Part shown: one piece after another, positions 1-10,563 of the stretch | Position numbering within the stretch: position 1 is the stretch's first letter | Layout: the number at the start of each line of letters is the position of its first letter | Source of the DNA: Marsupella aquatica | Taxonomy: Eukaryota; Plantae; Marchantiophyta | DNA length: 64,000 nucleotides | Assembly (NCBI GenBank): GCA_973895155.1 | Contig: OZ316892.1 | Span: forward strand, 16,730,357-16,794,356 | Direction: 5' to 3' | The notes under the pieces: model-generated | What the model saw: the letters and a program-made list of their open reading frames with translations, nothing else | Database searches by the model: none | Told to the model about the DNA's origin: nothing | Program-made: the position numbers and the translations under genes

Positions 1-300
1 GTACGGGCAACCTTAGTGTAGTGATCCATGGATGGAGATGTTCAGTATCGGTCATCTCTGAGTAATCTAAGTCCTGTCATGTACATCCGCCCTTCGAGGG
101 CTTGTGCTATCATGGTAATCACTAGGAGTGGGTTGGCGCTACTACAGTTAGTTCGATTCTCCTCGAGATGTAAAGCCGGGGTAGGGGTTGAACGTTGGCA
201 TGAGGATGAAGAAACATTTCCAAATCAGTTATCCCTATCTGAATAACCCTGTGGAATTGGTATTACTACGGTTCTGACTCATGCCATGGGAAGTTCTTGT

Positions 301-402
301 GTCCGGGAGCATTGTTTAGATCCCACATAGGGAGGCCCATGATTATAAACAGTCCGGGAGCATTGTTTAGATCCCACATAGGGAGGCCCATGATTATAAA
401 CA
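301..402. repeat. Perfect 51-bp tandem duplication
   Basis: GTCCGGGAGCATTG...ATTATAAACA at 301-351 and 352-402. Confidence 0.95.
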
Positions 403-3400
403 GAAGACAAGCATATAACTGAGCATTCTGCTTTGCTGATACCTTCTGAGACTAGGACAGTCTGAGGCCTCCCTACGATTTCGCTCAACCGTTTTGTTGC
501 TCATTGAACTCTGGTCAGTTAGGCTTGGGTCAGTTAGGTTGAGGTATGGTATTTGGGACCACTTTCTTTCTATCTCATCCAATTAGAGTCAGTGCTATGT
601 CTATGATGAAGATGCTCGTGGCACCTTGTTTGCGCTGGGTGCTTGATTATCCCGTGATTACTTCCGAGCTGCCTTCCTTCTGAGACACTCAAGCCGATTT
701 TTAGAGCTTTCGGGGTTCGCCAAAAGTGATAATCTGGACCAAAGTTCACCGAACTTTCTTCTCAGTTTCCATCTGGACTTAAATTCAATAGCCTTGAACT
801 CAATCTCGAACTAGGTATCATCTGACAGATAAGACCTCTAGATAGACAAGGATCTTATTCTTGCCGGGACGGAGTCGAGCTTCGATCTTGTGGCAAACAT
901 GAGATGGACACATTTTATGCTACGAACAGTTATACGTCAAGACACGCTGAATTGTCACATAACAAACCCTACCTCTCCAAGCGAATAACTTAACAACAGG
1001 AGGACGAGCCTACCCATGCCCTACTCAATGCCTCCACAACAAACACCTACCATTTAATCGCCACTTCGGGGTGTCAACCAAGTTTGTAACTACGGCAATG
1101 GTTTCTCATCCGAATGCCATTCCCATGCAATGCATGACAACGTGGGTATATCACAGGCATTTGTCTCACGAACTCGCTTTGGATTGGAAAGCTAGTCAAG
1201 CTCGAGTCGACATTGGTTGTAATTAGTTCGCCTCTGGAACAGGTCTTGTAAAGCGAGCGGCCTCTGCCGTCTCTGAGTGGCTGTCTAGCCTTTATAGCTC
1301 ATTAGTAGAGTGTTAGTCTTGTAAACTAAAGGTCCTGAGTTCGATTATCAGCAGAGGCACCCCTTTTCTATAAAATGAGAGCCACAAGAATTGACAGTGG
1401 CTCGATTTCTCAAGAATCGCGACCCTTGGGCCCCCTGGGCAGTCTGGATAACTTTCTTCCGACTCTTCGACAAACCTGAATGTGTCGCTACAATGAGTTC
1501 GCCCGAAGGTGACTACTATTCCGCTTGCCAGTCTGACGGGGCGAATGGCGTCATTTGAAGGGAAGAGGCATTTGCGGAACTTTCTCCATCGGGGCGGAGC
1601 CGTAGAAAATTGTGGGGACAACCCGACCATACATGTCCGACGATGAATCGATCGAACTGAGCTCGTTTGCTACCGAATCTGGAAATCTTTCTGCACTGGA
1701 TCGTCGAAAATCCTCGAGTCGGCCAGAGCAAGTTTACTTCTCGGGCTGACGATTGACACGTGAATTTGGTTCTTTGGCGCGACCACATTGTGCAGCGAAA
1801 TTCATTGTAGAAGTTCTGCTTTTGCATTGAGTAGACTTATTAGTGTTTCATCCCAGGTAGAGGACGACTCCACCAACGTGACGTGCGATGCCGCTAGACA
1901 CGAAGGCTAATCCATGATCGTAGACATTCCTTCGTTAGATCGACAGAGGTGGTATATAGCGGCATTGAGCATCACGCAGGCCCTGGCGTGGATCCTGCAT
2001 AGTCTAAAAGCTCTGTACATTCGATCGATTCTATTTATGGTCTTAATCGAAAGAGGGTGCCCCCATCAGTAGGCGCATTCGATCGATTTGTTGGGTATTC
2101 TTTTCATTGCGTCGCTCGCAAACGCGGCAAAGTATTCGAGGGATTCTGGGGATCAACGCAATGAAACGGCTCAAACTACATTAGATGAATTTTAGTATGA
2201 CTTAAAACACGTCAGGGTCTTCTCAGGTCAAGTCATGGGCTCGTAGGTAGATCAGGCTTGATTGATGTCAGTTGCTCCTTGGTTTACCTTGTGTATAATC
2301 ATGGCACGGGCGTATGGACCCAAGCTAGCAGGAAAATCGAGTCAAATTGTTGATATTGCAATGGCTGTGAAAGGTTCTTCGGGGCACATTATTAACAATG
2401 TCCTCCTGTATAGTTAACATCACTTCCACTGTGTCCACTCCAAATCCAGTATCTATTAGAAAGTGCAGTACCTACATTCGTTCATCACTGTACGGTAGAG
2501 AGTTTCGAGAGTTGTTTTGATATTATTATGCCGTAGATGCAGTTTGATTGTTGTGTGACGGAACTTTCGCTCTCGTCGACTGATTGAAGAAAAAGCCAGG
2601 ATCTGAAACAACGGTATTCGAGTATTACTGTCCAGGAATATGTTTACTCGAAACCCCTGCAGAAATTGTCATGACCGCGTGCCCCTGACCTCAAATCTAT
2701 CTCTCGCACGACGTTTAGGTAGATGCATATTCTATCTCTCAAGCACATGTGACGAGAATATTTCAAGTGACCACTGATTCAGTCAGTTCGCAGTCTGGAT
2801 ATTGAGATCTTCTTTCCGATCACTATCATATTAGTTACAGAGTATTTCGTTTCGTTCATGTCTCCTCCGACCATTGCTGAATAGAGCTATCATAAATCGT
2901 TCGTAATGTAGATTTCTCGAGCACCGATTCGGTGCTAATATAGGATATTGAGTGTGAAAATCTCCGAAGTGGTTCTCTTAGTGGGAGAAGTATCAAGTAG
3001 GGCGTTGAAAACCGCGGTATCAGGTCGCAAATTAGATGCATTAGAGCCCGGAGCCCGAAAGATTGTTTGGCTATAATTCTTTTTGCCAACTCCAGCTTGA
3101 GCGCTTCTCCCAGCGCAACGTCCCAGGAACAAGAGTTGTGACAATTGCAAACCTGCTTTAACTGCATGGAGTTATTGCTCAGTTCGATCCCCCTCCCAAC
3201 GAGAAGAACTCAAATCAGCTCGATCAGACCAGTAAAAGAAACTGTAGTTAAGCGATGATAATTATGCTTAAAGCGAAGGATCTCGGGTCGTAGTATTCTT
3301 ATACAGAATTCACACGCAATTCGGCACCAATCACTACTCGAATATTTCGTCCACAGCAATCGAAACATGGCTCGACGGTTTCGCGAGTTTATTTGAGATT

Positions 3401-3508
3401 TACTATGCATTAAGTAGCGCATCAGTAGTAGACCGATTGAAAGCAGCCGATTAATTAGTTGGCCCCTTGTTCCCATATTCCCGTCAAGCTCACGAATTTC
3501 ATACACCG

Positions 3509-4471
3509 ATGGCCGGGTCCAATGGACCTTCGACTGACCCTAGATACCACTTTCGTCGGCGATCTAACAAGGATAATCAGCAGCAGGACGACCGGTCGCG
3601 CCCTAGAGAAGAAATTGGAAAACACATTTTTGGTGAAGGTTATTTCCCGGAGACAAGGGATTACCAGCAACGGAGGAAACGCCTCGAAGATCATCAAGAC
3701 GTGAGAGCCAACTTGTCCACAGGATCCTCAGTAGGTACTCAACTCAACGTCTCGCGGCCCACTTACCCACCAGGCCTTCCCCACGCTGTCTCGTCCTCCG
3801 GAAGATGGCTCGATTCCGCAGGAACATGGCATGACGGGCCTTCCTCTACCCCAGGACGACGGGACCTCGAGGAGGATACTCCATTGGAAGAGGAGCCTCC
3901 CTCTATCCCATCACGATTTCCAAGTACCGAGGCTTTCTCCTCTCCCCCTGCTAGACCACGATGGGAGGAGGACCTGAGCGTGGACCTGAGGCGAGCGACG
4001 CCAGGGCAGCCGTTCACGAAAGCTCGAGCGGACGAGGAGGGCGAGAGGCCAGAGAGTTCCAGTCGACGCAGGTCTAGATTGATAGAGCAGGAAGAGCCGA
4101 AGTCGGACAAGGGGCCACCGAGTTCCCGTCGACGCAGCTCCAGATTGATAGAGCTGGAAGCCAAAGCAGCTGGGGGGGTAGTCGATGAAATTGGGTTAGT
4201 ACCTAAAAGATGCCGGACACTAGCAAGGGTCGAAGACATTCCTCCGGATATTGCCGACCTTCGAGCAGCGATTCTACACAATTTCAGACTCACACGATCG
4301 TTCTTCGGGACGAGGGCCCATGCATACCCTGTCAATCAACCCTTCATGGAGTGGGGCAGACAGTGGCTCATCAAGACATCCACCATCCCAAAGGGTAGGA
4401 TACTACACTACTTCTATCCTCCTTTTAACCTCCGGTTAGTCTCTAACTTCCGGTTAACTAAGATCGGTTAG
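3509..4471 (+). CDS. Orphan ORF (320 aa from the first ATG) with a disordered N-terminal part; probably TE-encoded
   Basis: Longest open frame in the window, with an internal peptide repeat SSRRRS(S)RLIE x2 followed by a globular-looking C-terminus. No family recognised. Confidence 0.45.
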   Translation: MAGSNGPSTDPRYHFRRRSNKDNQQQDDRSRPREEIGKHIFGEGYFPETRDYQQRRKRLEDHQDVRANLSTGSSVGTQLNVSRPTYPPGLPHAVSSSGRWLDSAGTWHDGPSSTPGRRDLEEDTPLEEEPPSIPSRFPSTEAFSSPPARPRWEEDLSVDLRRATPGQPFTKARADEEGERPESSSRRRSRLIEQEEPKSDKGPPSSRRRSSRLIELEAKAAGGVVDEIGLVPKRCRTLARVEDIPPDIADLRAAILHNFRLTRSFFGTRAHAYPVNQPFMEWGRQWLIKTSTIPKGRILHYFYPPFNLRLVSNFRLTKIG

Positions 4472-4645
4472 AGTTAGAGTTCTGACACATGATGGTTCTC
4501 ACAGACGATTATTAACAGTTGTCGAAATCTATCTATCTACACTGTAATTCTGATGTATTCAGTAGAGTGAAGCAGTTGGCCTTAATTTCTCTGGTGACAG
4601 TTTTCTTTTTACACTATGCTAAGCTCATGGACGGACATACGGAGT

Positions 4646-4933
4646 CTGCATATGCACACATATGTGGGGAAGTAGTCTCTCTTGCGGGTGTTCTCTCCTT
4701 CCAATCGCAAGATGTGCTGTGTTTCCTCAGAGCATTTCCATGTGATTGGGCTCTGGTAGAAACATGCATATGCACAGATATGCGGTCTCTCTCGCGGGTG
4801 TTCTCTCCTTCCAATCGCAAGATGTGTTGTGTTTCCTCAGAGCATTTCCATGTGATTGGGCTCTGGTAGAAACAGCATAGTTTAGGGTCTTGGTAGCATT
4901 TTCTTTCTTTTGGTTGGGCTCTGGTAGAAACAG
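4646..4933. repeat. ~110-bp tandem repeat (2 copies plus a partial third)
   Basis: GCGGGTGTTCTCTCCTTCCAATCGCAAGATGTG...TTGGGCTCTGGTAGAAACA repeated. Confidence 0.9.
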
Positions 4934-6398
4934 CCATTAATTTCCAAGGTTCAGGACACACTCTTGGACACACTGTAGCAAGTTTCAAGGTAAGTTTGGC
5001 TTGTAACACCAACGGGTTAAACTTGCATAGAAAATACTGGAGACCAAATTGGAAAGACATCCCACTAAGTTGCTCCTGCTTAGTTTGCTATATTCACTAA
5101 GGCAAGAGCGTAACTACATCTGGCTCGTTCCAACTAAATTGATACTTTATCTGGTTACATTTCAATGCCTGAATTTGCGGTTACTCTTTTAGCCTTTTAC
5201 AAAAACATAACATATAATAATAATGGAAAGCAATAGAAGAAGGGGTGAGAGCCTACTTAAAATTTGGAAGGGAACCTTGGGATGACAAATGCCTCTATTC
5301 TAGTAAGCTGGTGTCAAAGCAAGCAATGCCATAGCCATGAGATGAGGACTGGCCTGAATGCTTGAGCTTTACTCCCGGCTTTACTCACAAATAGGCGGTG
5401 AGTACCATCCAGCCTGTTTCTAGTCCCTTCCCAGCATATCAGCCTCTATCAGCTTTTAACTACATTGTCACTAAACATTTTCAATGGCAAAGTAGTTATA
5501 AGGTGTTCACTCTATACCTTTGGTCCTTATCCTGGTTTTTGATCCACCTTTACTAGATAGGTGTGTTATGCACTCAATAAGCTGATGATTCACCCCCTTA
5601 GGATGCTCAAGAGTACTGATTTAATATTACAATACTTAATACCCAGTGGCCACCTTTCAGCCTCCTTGGTATTGTCTGCGTTGTATAAATCAGAACATTC
5701 TAGAATGAATGGACCTGCAGTACAACAATTAGAAATTTAGGATATAGCCTTACACCAGGTACGTTTTCATAGAGGTTTAATGAGTTGGCCAAATAATAGT
5801 TTTGAAATAGAAATACTGTAGTGACAGTTAGGTAACCCTATATTGGCAAGGGACGTGACTTATGGCAATGACGCATGCCTTCAGTGTGATTGCTAATTAT
5901 CATTCATTGAATTTTGCCAGACTCTGATTAACTTAGTTCGTGGTAATAAAAATTGAGAAGACTTCAGCAATACTAATATGCTCTCCTCCCGATATATTTC
6001 AGGAACCAGAATCTCAATGTTCTTGAATCTCTTTTCATCTCCCTGATAATCTGCTATGACTGACTCTTGGTCCAGATAGAAGTTAACCTTGGACTCGATT
6101 ATCTTAGTGGAAACCATGAGTGAAATTTTCATCCAAGTCTTCTCAGTCCAGTTGTTTAAGCCATTCAGTTGGTATCCATACATACCTTCATTGAATTCAT
6201 CTTCCAATGAAAGCCAATCTATATCATTAGTGGTATTCATTGTAGATAAAACTTCCCCATAATCATTTCCTATCAATTTCTATTGTATAACTTGTAGACC
6301 GGGCATGTATACTTTTCATCCCCAATATCATGACAGCCATTTTTTGACAGAAAGTGTCAGTTGCACTCCAGCGTGCTCAAACATCAACTATTCTTCAT

Positions 6399-6552
6399 AA
6401 GGGCAGCTAGTGAGGTTCCGTTGTTAGACCGCCCTATGCAGTTCACCCCAGAGCTCTACGAGGCTCTCCAGTTGGCGCAAGGGCAGCTAGTCAGGTTCCA
6501 TTGTTAGACCCCCCTATGCAGTTCATCCGAGCTATACCAAGCTCTGCAGTTG
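6399..6552. repeat. 80-bp degenerate tandem repeat x2
   Basis: AAGGGCAGCTAGT.AGGTTCC.TTGTTAGACC.CCCTATGCAGTTCA at 6399 and 6479. Confidence 0.88.
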
Positions 6553-7570
6553 TCTGATTTGTGGGCTTTTTCTTTTGTGGGTTTTCTGCTGTCGTGACAT
6601 ATAGTATCGTAGCCATAGTGTATCGAAAACATACAAGTCACCGGCAATGCATGTGTGCAAATGCTAGCAACCAACATGCATAGAAAAAGTCCCATCACAT
6701 TTACAAGTGCCAAGAAAAAGAAAATGAGGTGGTATGTACGTAGTGGAGGTGTAAAAGTAGGTCAAGTCCAGGCGTCACACTAACAAACACATTTGCTTCA
6801 AGGACGACCCAGACTTGCTTGAAGAACATATCGCTAACTCAAGTAGTGGCCCTAACTACATAGCTAGCGGGCATGCGATGTGCATAAAAGGTACTGTCCC
6901 TCGGCATGACAGTTGTCATCCCCTTAATTGGGCCCTCTGCTTGTGGGACTTTGTATCCCATTTTGGACGCCTCTTGCTCTTTTGCATTGTGATATATGAT
7001 ATAATAGAGATGGATCCTATGTCAATGATGCTATGAATATTCCATATGGAGGGGAGATCAAATGCAACAGAAAAACTGGAGTTGAAACAGGTATAGAATT
7101 TTGTGGTTGTTTTTGAAAGAATAACAGGGAGAAATATGTATTAAGATATTTCTTGCATACTGTAATGGGCAAGCATGTGGAAACAACGCCATGAAGGCAT
7201 ATCTGAACTCTTACAATCTGGCTCAAGCCAAGCCACATAATCAATTTCGTTTTTACACTTATCACAGGCAGATCCAAGTAAAAACTTGTAGCCATATATA
7301 TGTATCACTGGCAGCTGGAGTTCCACTTGATAGAAAGAATACAAATGAGTACTAGTGTAATTGCATCCACCTCAACAAAATTGTGTTAAATGAGGGTCAT
7401 ATAGAAAGCCTTTTAGAATGGTCCCTTGTGAGCATGTAATTACATATCTAGGCACACTGAAAGACCAACTCTTGGTTAAAGATTTGATGTGGAAAGACCA
7501 AACATTGATTTATCTTATGCAATACCTATTTCAAACACTTTGCTGAAGAATCCCACAAAGCTGGGACGGA

Positions 7571-8059
7571 ATGTATGCAGCTGGATTGGGATTGTTTGCA
7601 GGTGAAGCTATTAAGTTCCCTCAAAATAGAAGCAAAGACTTCATTATTACGCACATTCCTTTATTTCCTTATGTTGGGGCAATCTTCACACTTAAACAAT
7701 TTGATCAAATTACGCCTTGGTATCCAAACATGAGGAGATATGCACTCCAGGTGGTAAAAGGGACATACAAAGATGACAGCCAATTGGTGATTGTGGGTGA
7801 TGCTAGAGAGGACCACAACTTGGCTGCATTTATTAACAGTAACCTACATATTGAGGATAAAACTGGGCCCGCTAATTGTGAGTGGCAGTATATTGACAAC
7901 ACCTTGAGCAAGTGTCATTTTAAGGACAACAAAACTCAAAAGTATTTAGACATTATTCAGCAGCAAAACCAAATAAGATACTATGTCATGACGGTAGCAA
8001 ACAAGAACATTGCAGCAGGAGAGGAAATATTTGCCAAATATGACTTTAGGAACACATGA
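7571..8059 (+). CDS. Intronless stand-alone SET-domain protein (lysine methyltransferase fold); possibly the 3' part of a disrupted gene
   Basis: SET motifs occur in the correct order: GLGLFA, PYVG, AAFINS (cf. RFINHS), PANC, ANKNIAAGEEIFAKY (cf. A.RDI..GEEL...Y). The frame extends upstream to an ATG at 7418 but has an in-frame TGA at 7544-7546. Confidence 0.72.
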   Translation: MYAAGLGLFAGEAIKFPQNRSKDFIITHIPLFPYVGAIFTLKQFDQITPWYPNMRRYALQVVKGTYKDDSQLVIVGDAREDHNLAAFINSNLHIEDKTGPANCEWQYIDNTLSKCHFKDNKTQKYLDIIQQQNQIRYYVMTVANKNIAAGEEIFAKYDFRNT

Positions 8060-10413
8060 TATTGGTCTAAGAAATAGTGAGAAAAGTGTTCCTCTTTCAA
8101 AACATCTACAATACATACACGATTTATACTTGGAACCACTTACCATGGCCTAGTGCTCATCTCAGTTGAATACAGATGATATGTGACCAGCAGGTCTTAT
8201 GTTCAATTGCAAGTCCAATGGCACCCAGACTAATCTGCTCCAAATTCTGCTTCCTGCATGCTAAGGTTCTATGCCAACCCACCTACGTCCCAAACCTAAG
8301 GATATCAAGTTGAATCCCGCCCAAACAATGCGGCTCCAAATTCTCTTCTGAATTCTATTCCTCCATGCTATGGTTCTGTGCCAGACTACTTCATGCAGGT
8401 CAAATTTGTTATGTGCTTTAAATGTGCTTTAAATGTGCGTGTGGTAATTTTACGTGCTTGTGGTAATGTGCAAGATAAAATGTCCAAAATTCATTTACAT
8501 ATGTGTCCCTGATCTTGTACCTTGTGGTCAGGCCACAAAATTTGAACAATTCATTTACTGCAGTGACAGGGAGTTTCCAGAATTTTCATAATTCTTTTGT
8601 TTATTGAGCTGACAATGATGGTGAAATTGAAGCCCAGATGGACCTCCACTTTTGCTAGGATAGAATTTTGGAACCCATCTGACTGCAACGAAACCCTCCT
8701 TTTGCTCATATCGTACAGACTACACAGAAGCAAATTTTTGATACAACCATCTTTGAAAATTAGAGTTCTCGCAGTTTGCCATGCAGGTTGACTGTGTTTA
8801 GCTCTTTCAGTTTCTACCAACCCAAGAAAATAAGATTCCTGGAATATAGTGTAAGATATTGAACGTCAAAGTTAGATGTTACAAAACTGTTGGAAGCCTG
8901 AAGTGTCGAATTGGGTGAGTAAGCTTCACAACTAAAACACAAACACTTTGGAGCATAGTCATCTTTAGAAACTCAACTCTTTTAAATGTTGGTGAAAATT
9001 AGAGATATAAAGAACAAGTAGCCTGAAGTCTGGATAGAGAGAGATGTTGAAGGTCAAGTTTTGTTCCTGAAAACTTTCAGAAAAGGGTGTCAATGAGTGG
9101 AAAATGTAAAAGATGTCACTCCTGGTAACATCGCTTCTTACAATTGTTCTACAGTGGCACTAAGGAACTCGTTTTTTTATTGCAATAATATAGTTCTGTT
9201 CAATAGCTAAGTCCAATGAAACATCTATTTCAACGACGGGACTAAGTTTATCATTTCTTCATTGCAATAACATGGATCACTTGGTTCTTTTCTGTTGAGA
9301 GAAGTTTTTATTAATCCATTAGAATAGAATGTAGAATAGAGAGGAAGAGCTTCTCGACTCTCCATTAGAATAGAATGTATCACAAATATGAAGAGGTTCT
9401 CCACTGGCTTCAGCTTCAGTAGGAAGAACCGAACGTCAACAATAGATTTGAAAAATTTGGCTGTGAAGGTTCTTGCACAATTTCCAGAAGACAAAAGATG
9501 GAGGCAGCCAGAAGTTGTGATAGTGATTCGGGCTCCTTCCACACTCGTCCCCACTGTGCAGTAAGGTCAGGACTGTGCACATGCTGAATGAAGGTGCGAT
9601 TGATCGTTAGCCCTTCTCGCCTAACTTCTCCGGTTGCTGCAAAGCACTTCCGATGAAGAACGTTCCTCCATCGTACACCACCAGAGCTTTCCTGTGTCGC
9701 TAGTCTATTAGCGTAAAACAAGATGCGACTTGCTGAAACCTATTCATGAATGAGAACGAGTGTCTGTACTTGCTATATACTGTCATTGCTGTACTGCTAT
9801 GGAAGAGGAGACTTAGGACAGTACGCCCACTCTCATTGCTTTTCCAAGAGTATGAGAAGCATTTCTCTTGAGTCTACATGGCTTGCAAAGAGCATAGTTT
9901 TGTAACTAGAGAGCAAGAAGCCTTGGAGCTCAATAGTCACCTAATCATGCGCCTGCCAAAACACTCCATGGTTGACAATGGAGATCACTTCACATAGAAT
10001 TGGAGCCACCCCTCCTCGCTGAGCCAAAGAGGGCTGTAAAAGATTCTTCCTTAAATATTGGCAGCTGTTTGATTGAGTGAACCAGACGAACATAGTCCAA
10101 AATTGTGTCTGAGAGTCGATCAAAATCAATCCAAAACATCACTCACTGCTTTTCACAATGAGTTGCGTGATAGTGGAGTGTACTCCAATAATTTATGATG
10201 TACGCTTTTCAGGATTAAATACTAGGGACGCCGTTAAGTTCAACTTAGGCAGAGCACTGAATCAGCATAATAGGAGTGACACATACTTCCTGGCATCATG
10301 CAAAAGGGTAAGGGTTCACCCTCAAGAGTCTGGGTGCCTCTCAACCTCCAGGAAATAATTTAAAAGGTGTTGCTGCTCCTCGGGAACACAACCCCATGGA
10401 GTAAAAAAGATTC

Positions 10414-10563
10414 TTAGTTTATGAATGACCAATTCATGAACATGAAAGCGATACAGTGTGTGCTCTCATCTTCATCCAGCACTTTCCAAGCAATAGCCCT
10501 TTCATAAGTTGCAGGCCGACCCATGCTGGAAATGCGGACTCCTGCTGGAAGTAACGCAAAACC
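10414..10563 (-). CDS. C3HDZ: C3HDZ exon 18 (end of MEKHLA domain, stop codon)
   Basis: TGTAG acceptor; GFALLPAGVRISSMGRPATYERAIAWKVLDEDESTHCIAFMFMNWSFIN; TAA at 10416-10414. Confidence 0.95.
   Translation of the reverse strand, partial: GFALLPAGVRISSMGRPATYERAIAWKVLDEDESTHCIAFMFMNWSFIN

Noticed and set aside
3763-4335. 190-aa minus-strand ORF
   Set aside because: It is the antisense shadow of the GC-rich plus-strand ORF 3509-4471.
9225-10358. ORFs just downstream of the C3HDZ stop codon
   Set aside because: They have no recognisable motifs; the region is more simply explained as 3' UTR and flank.
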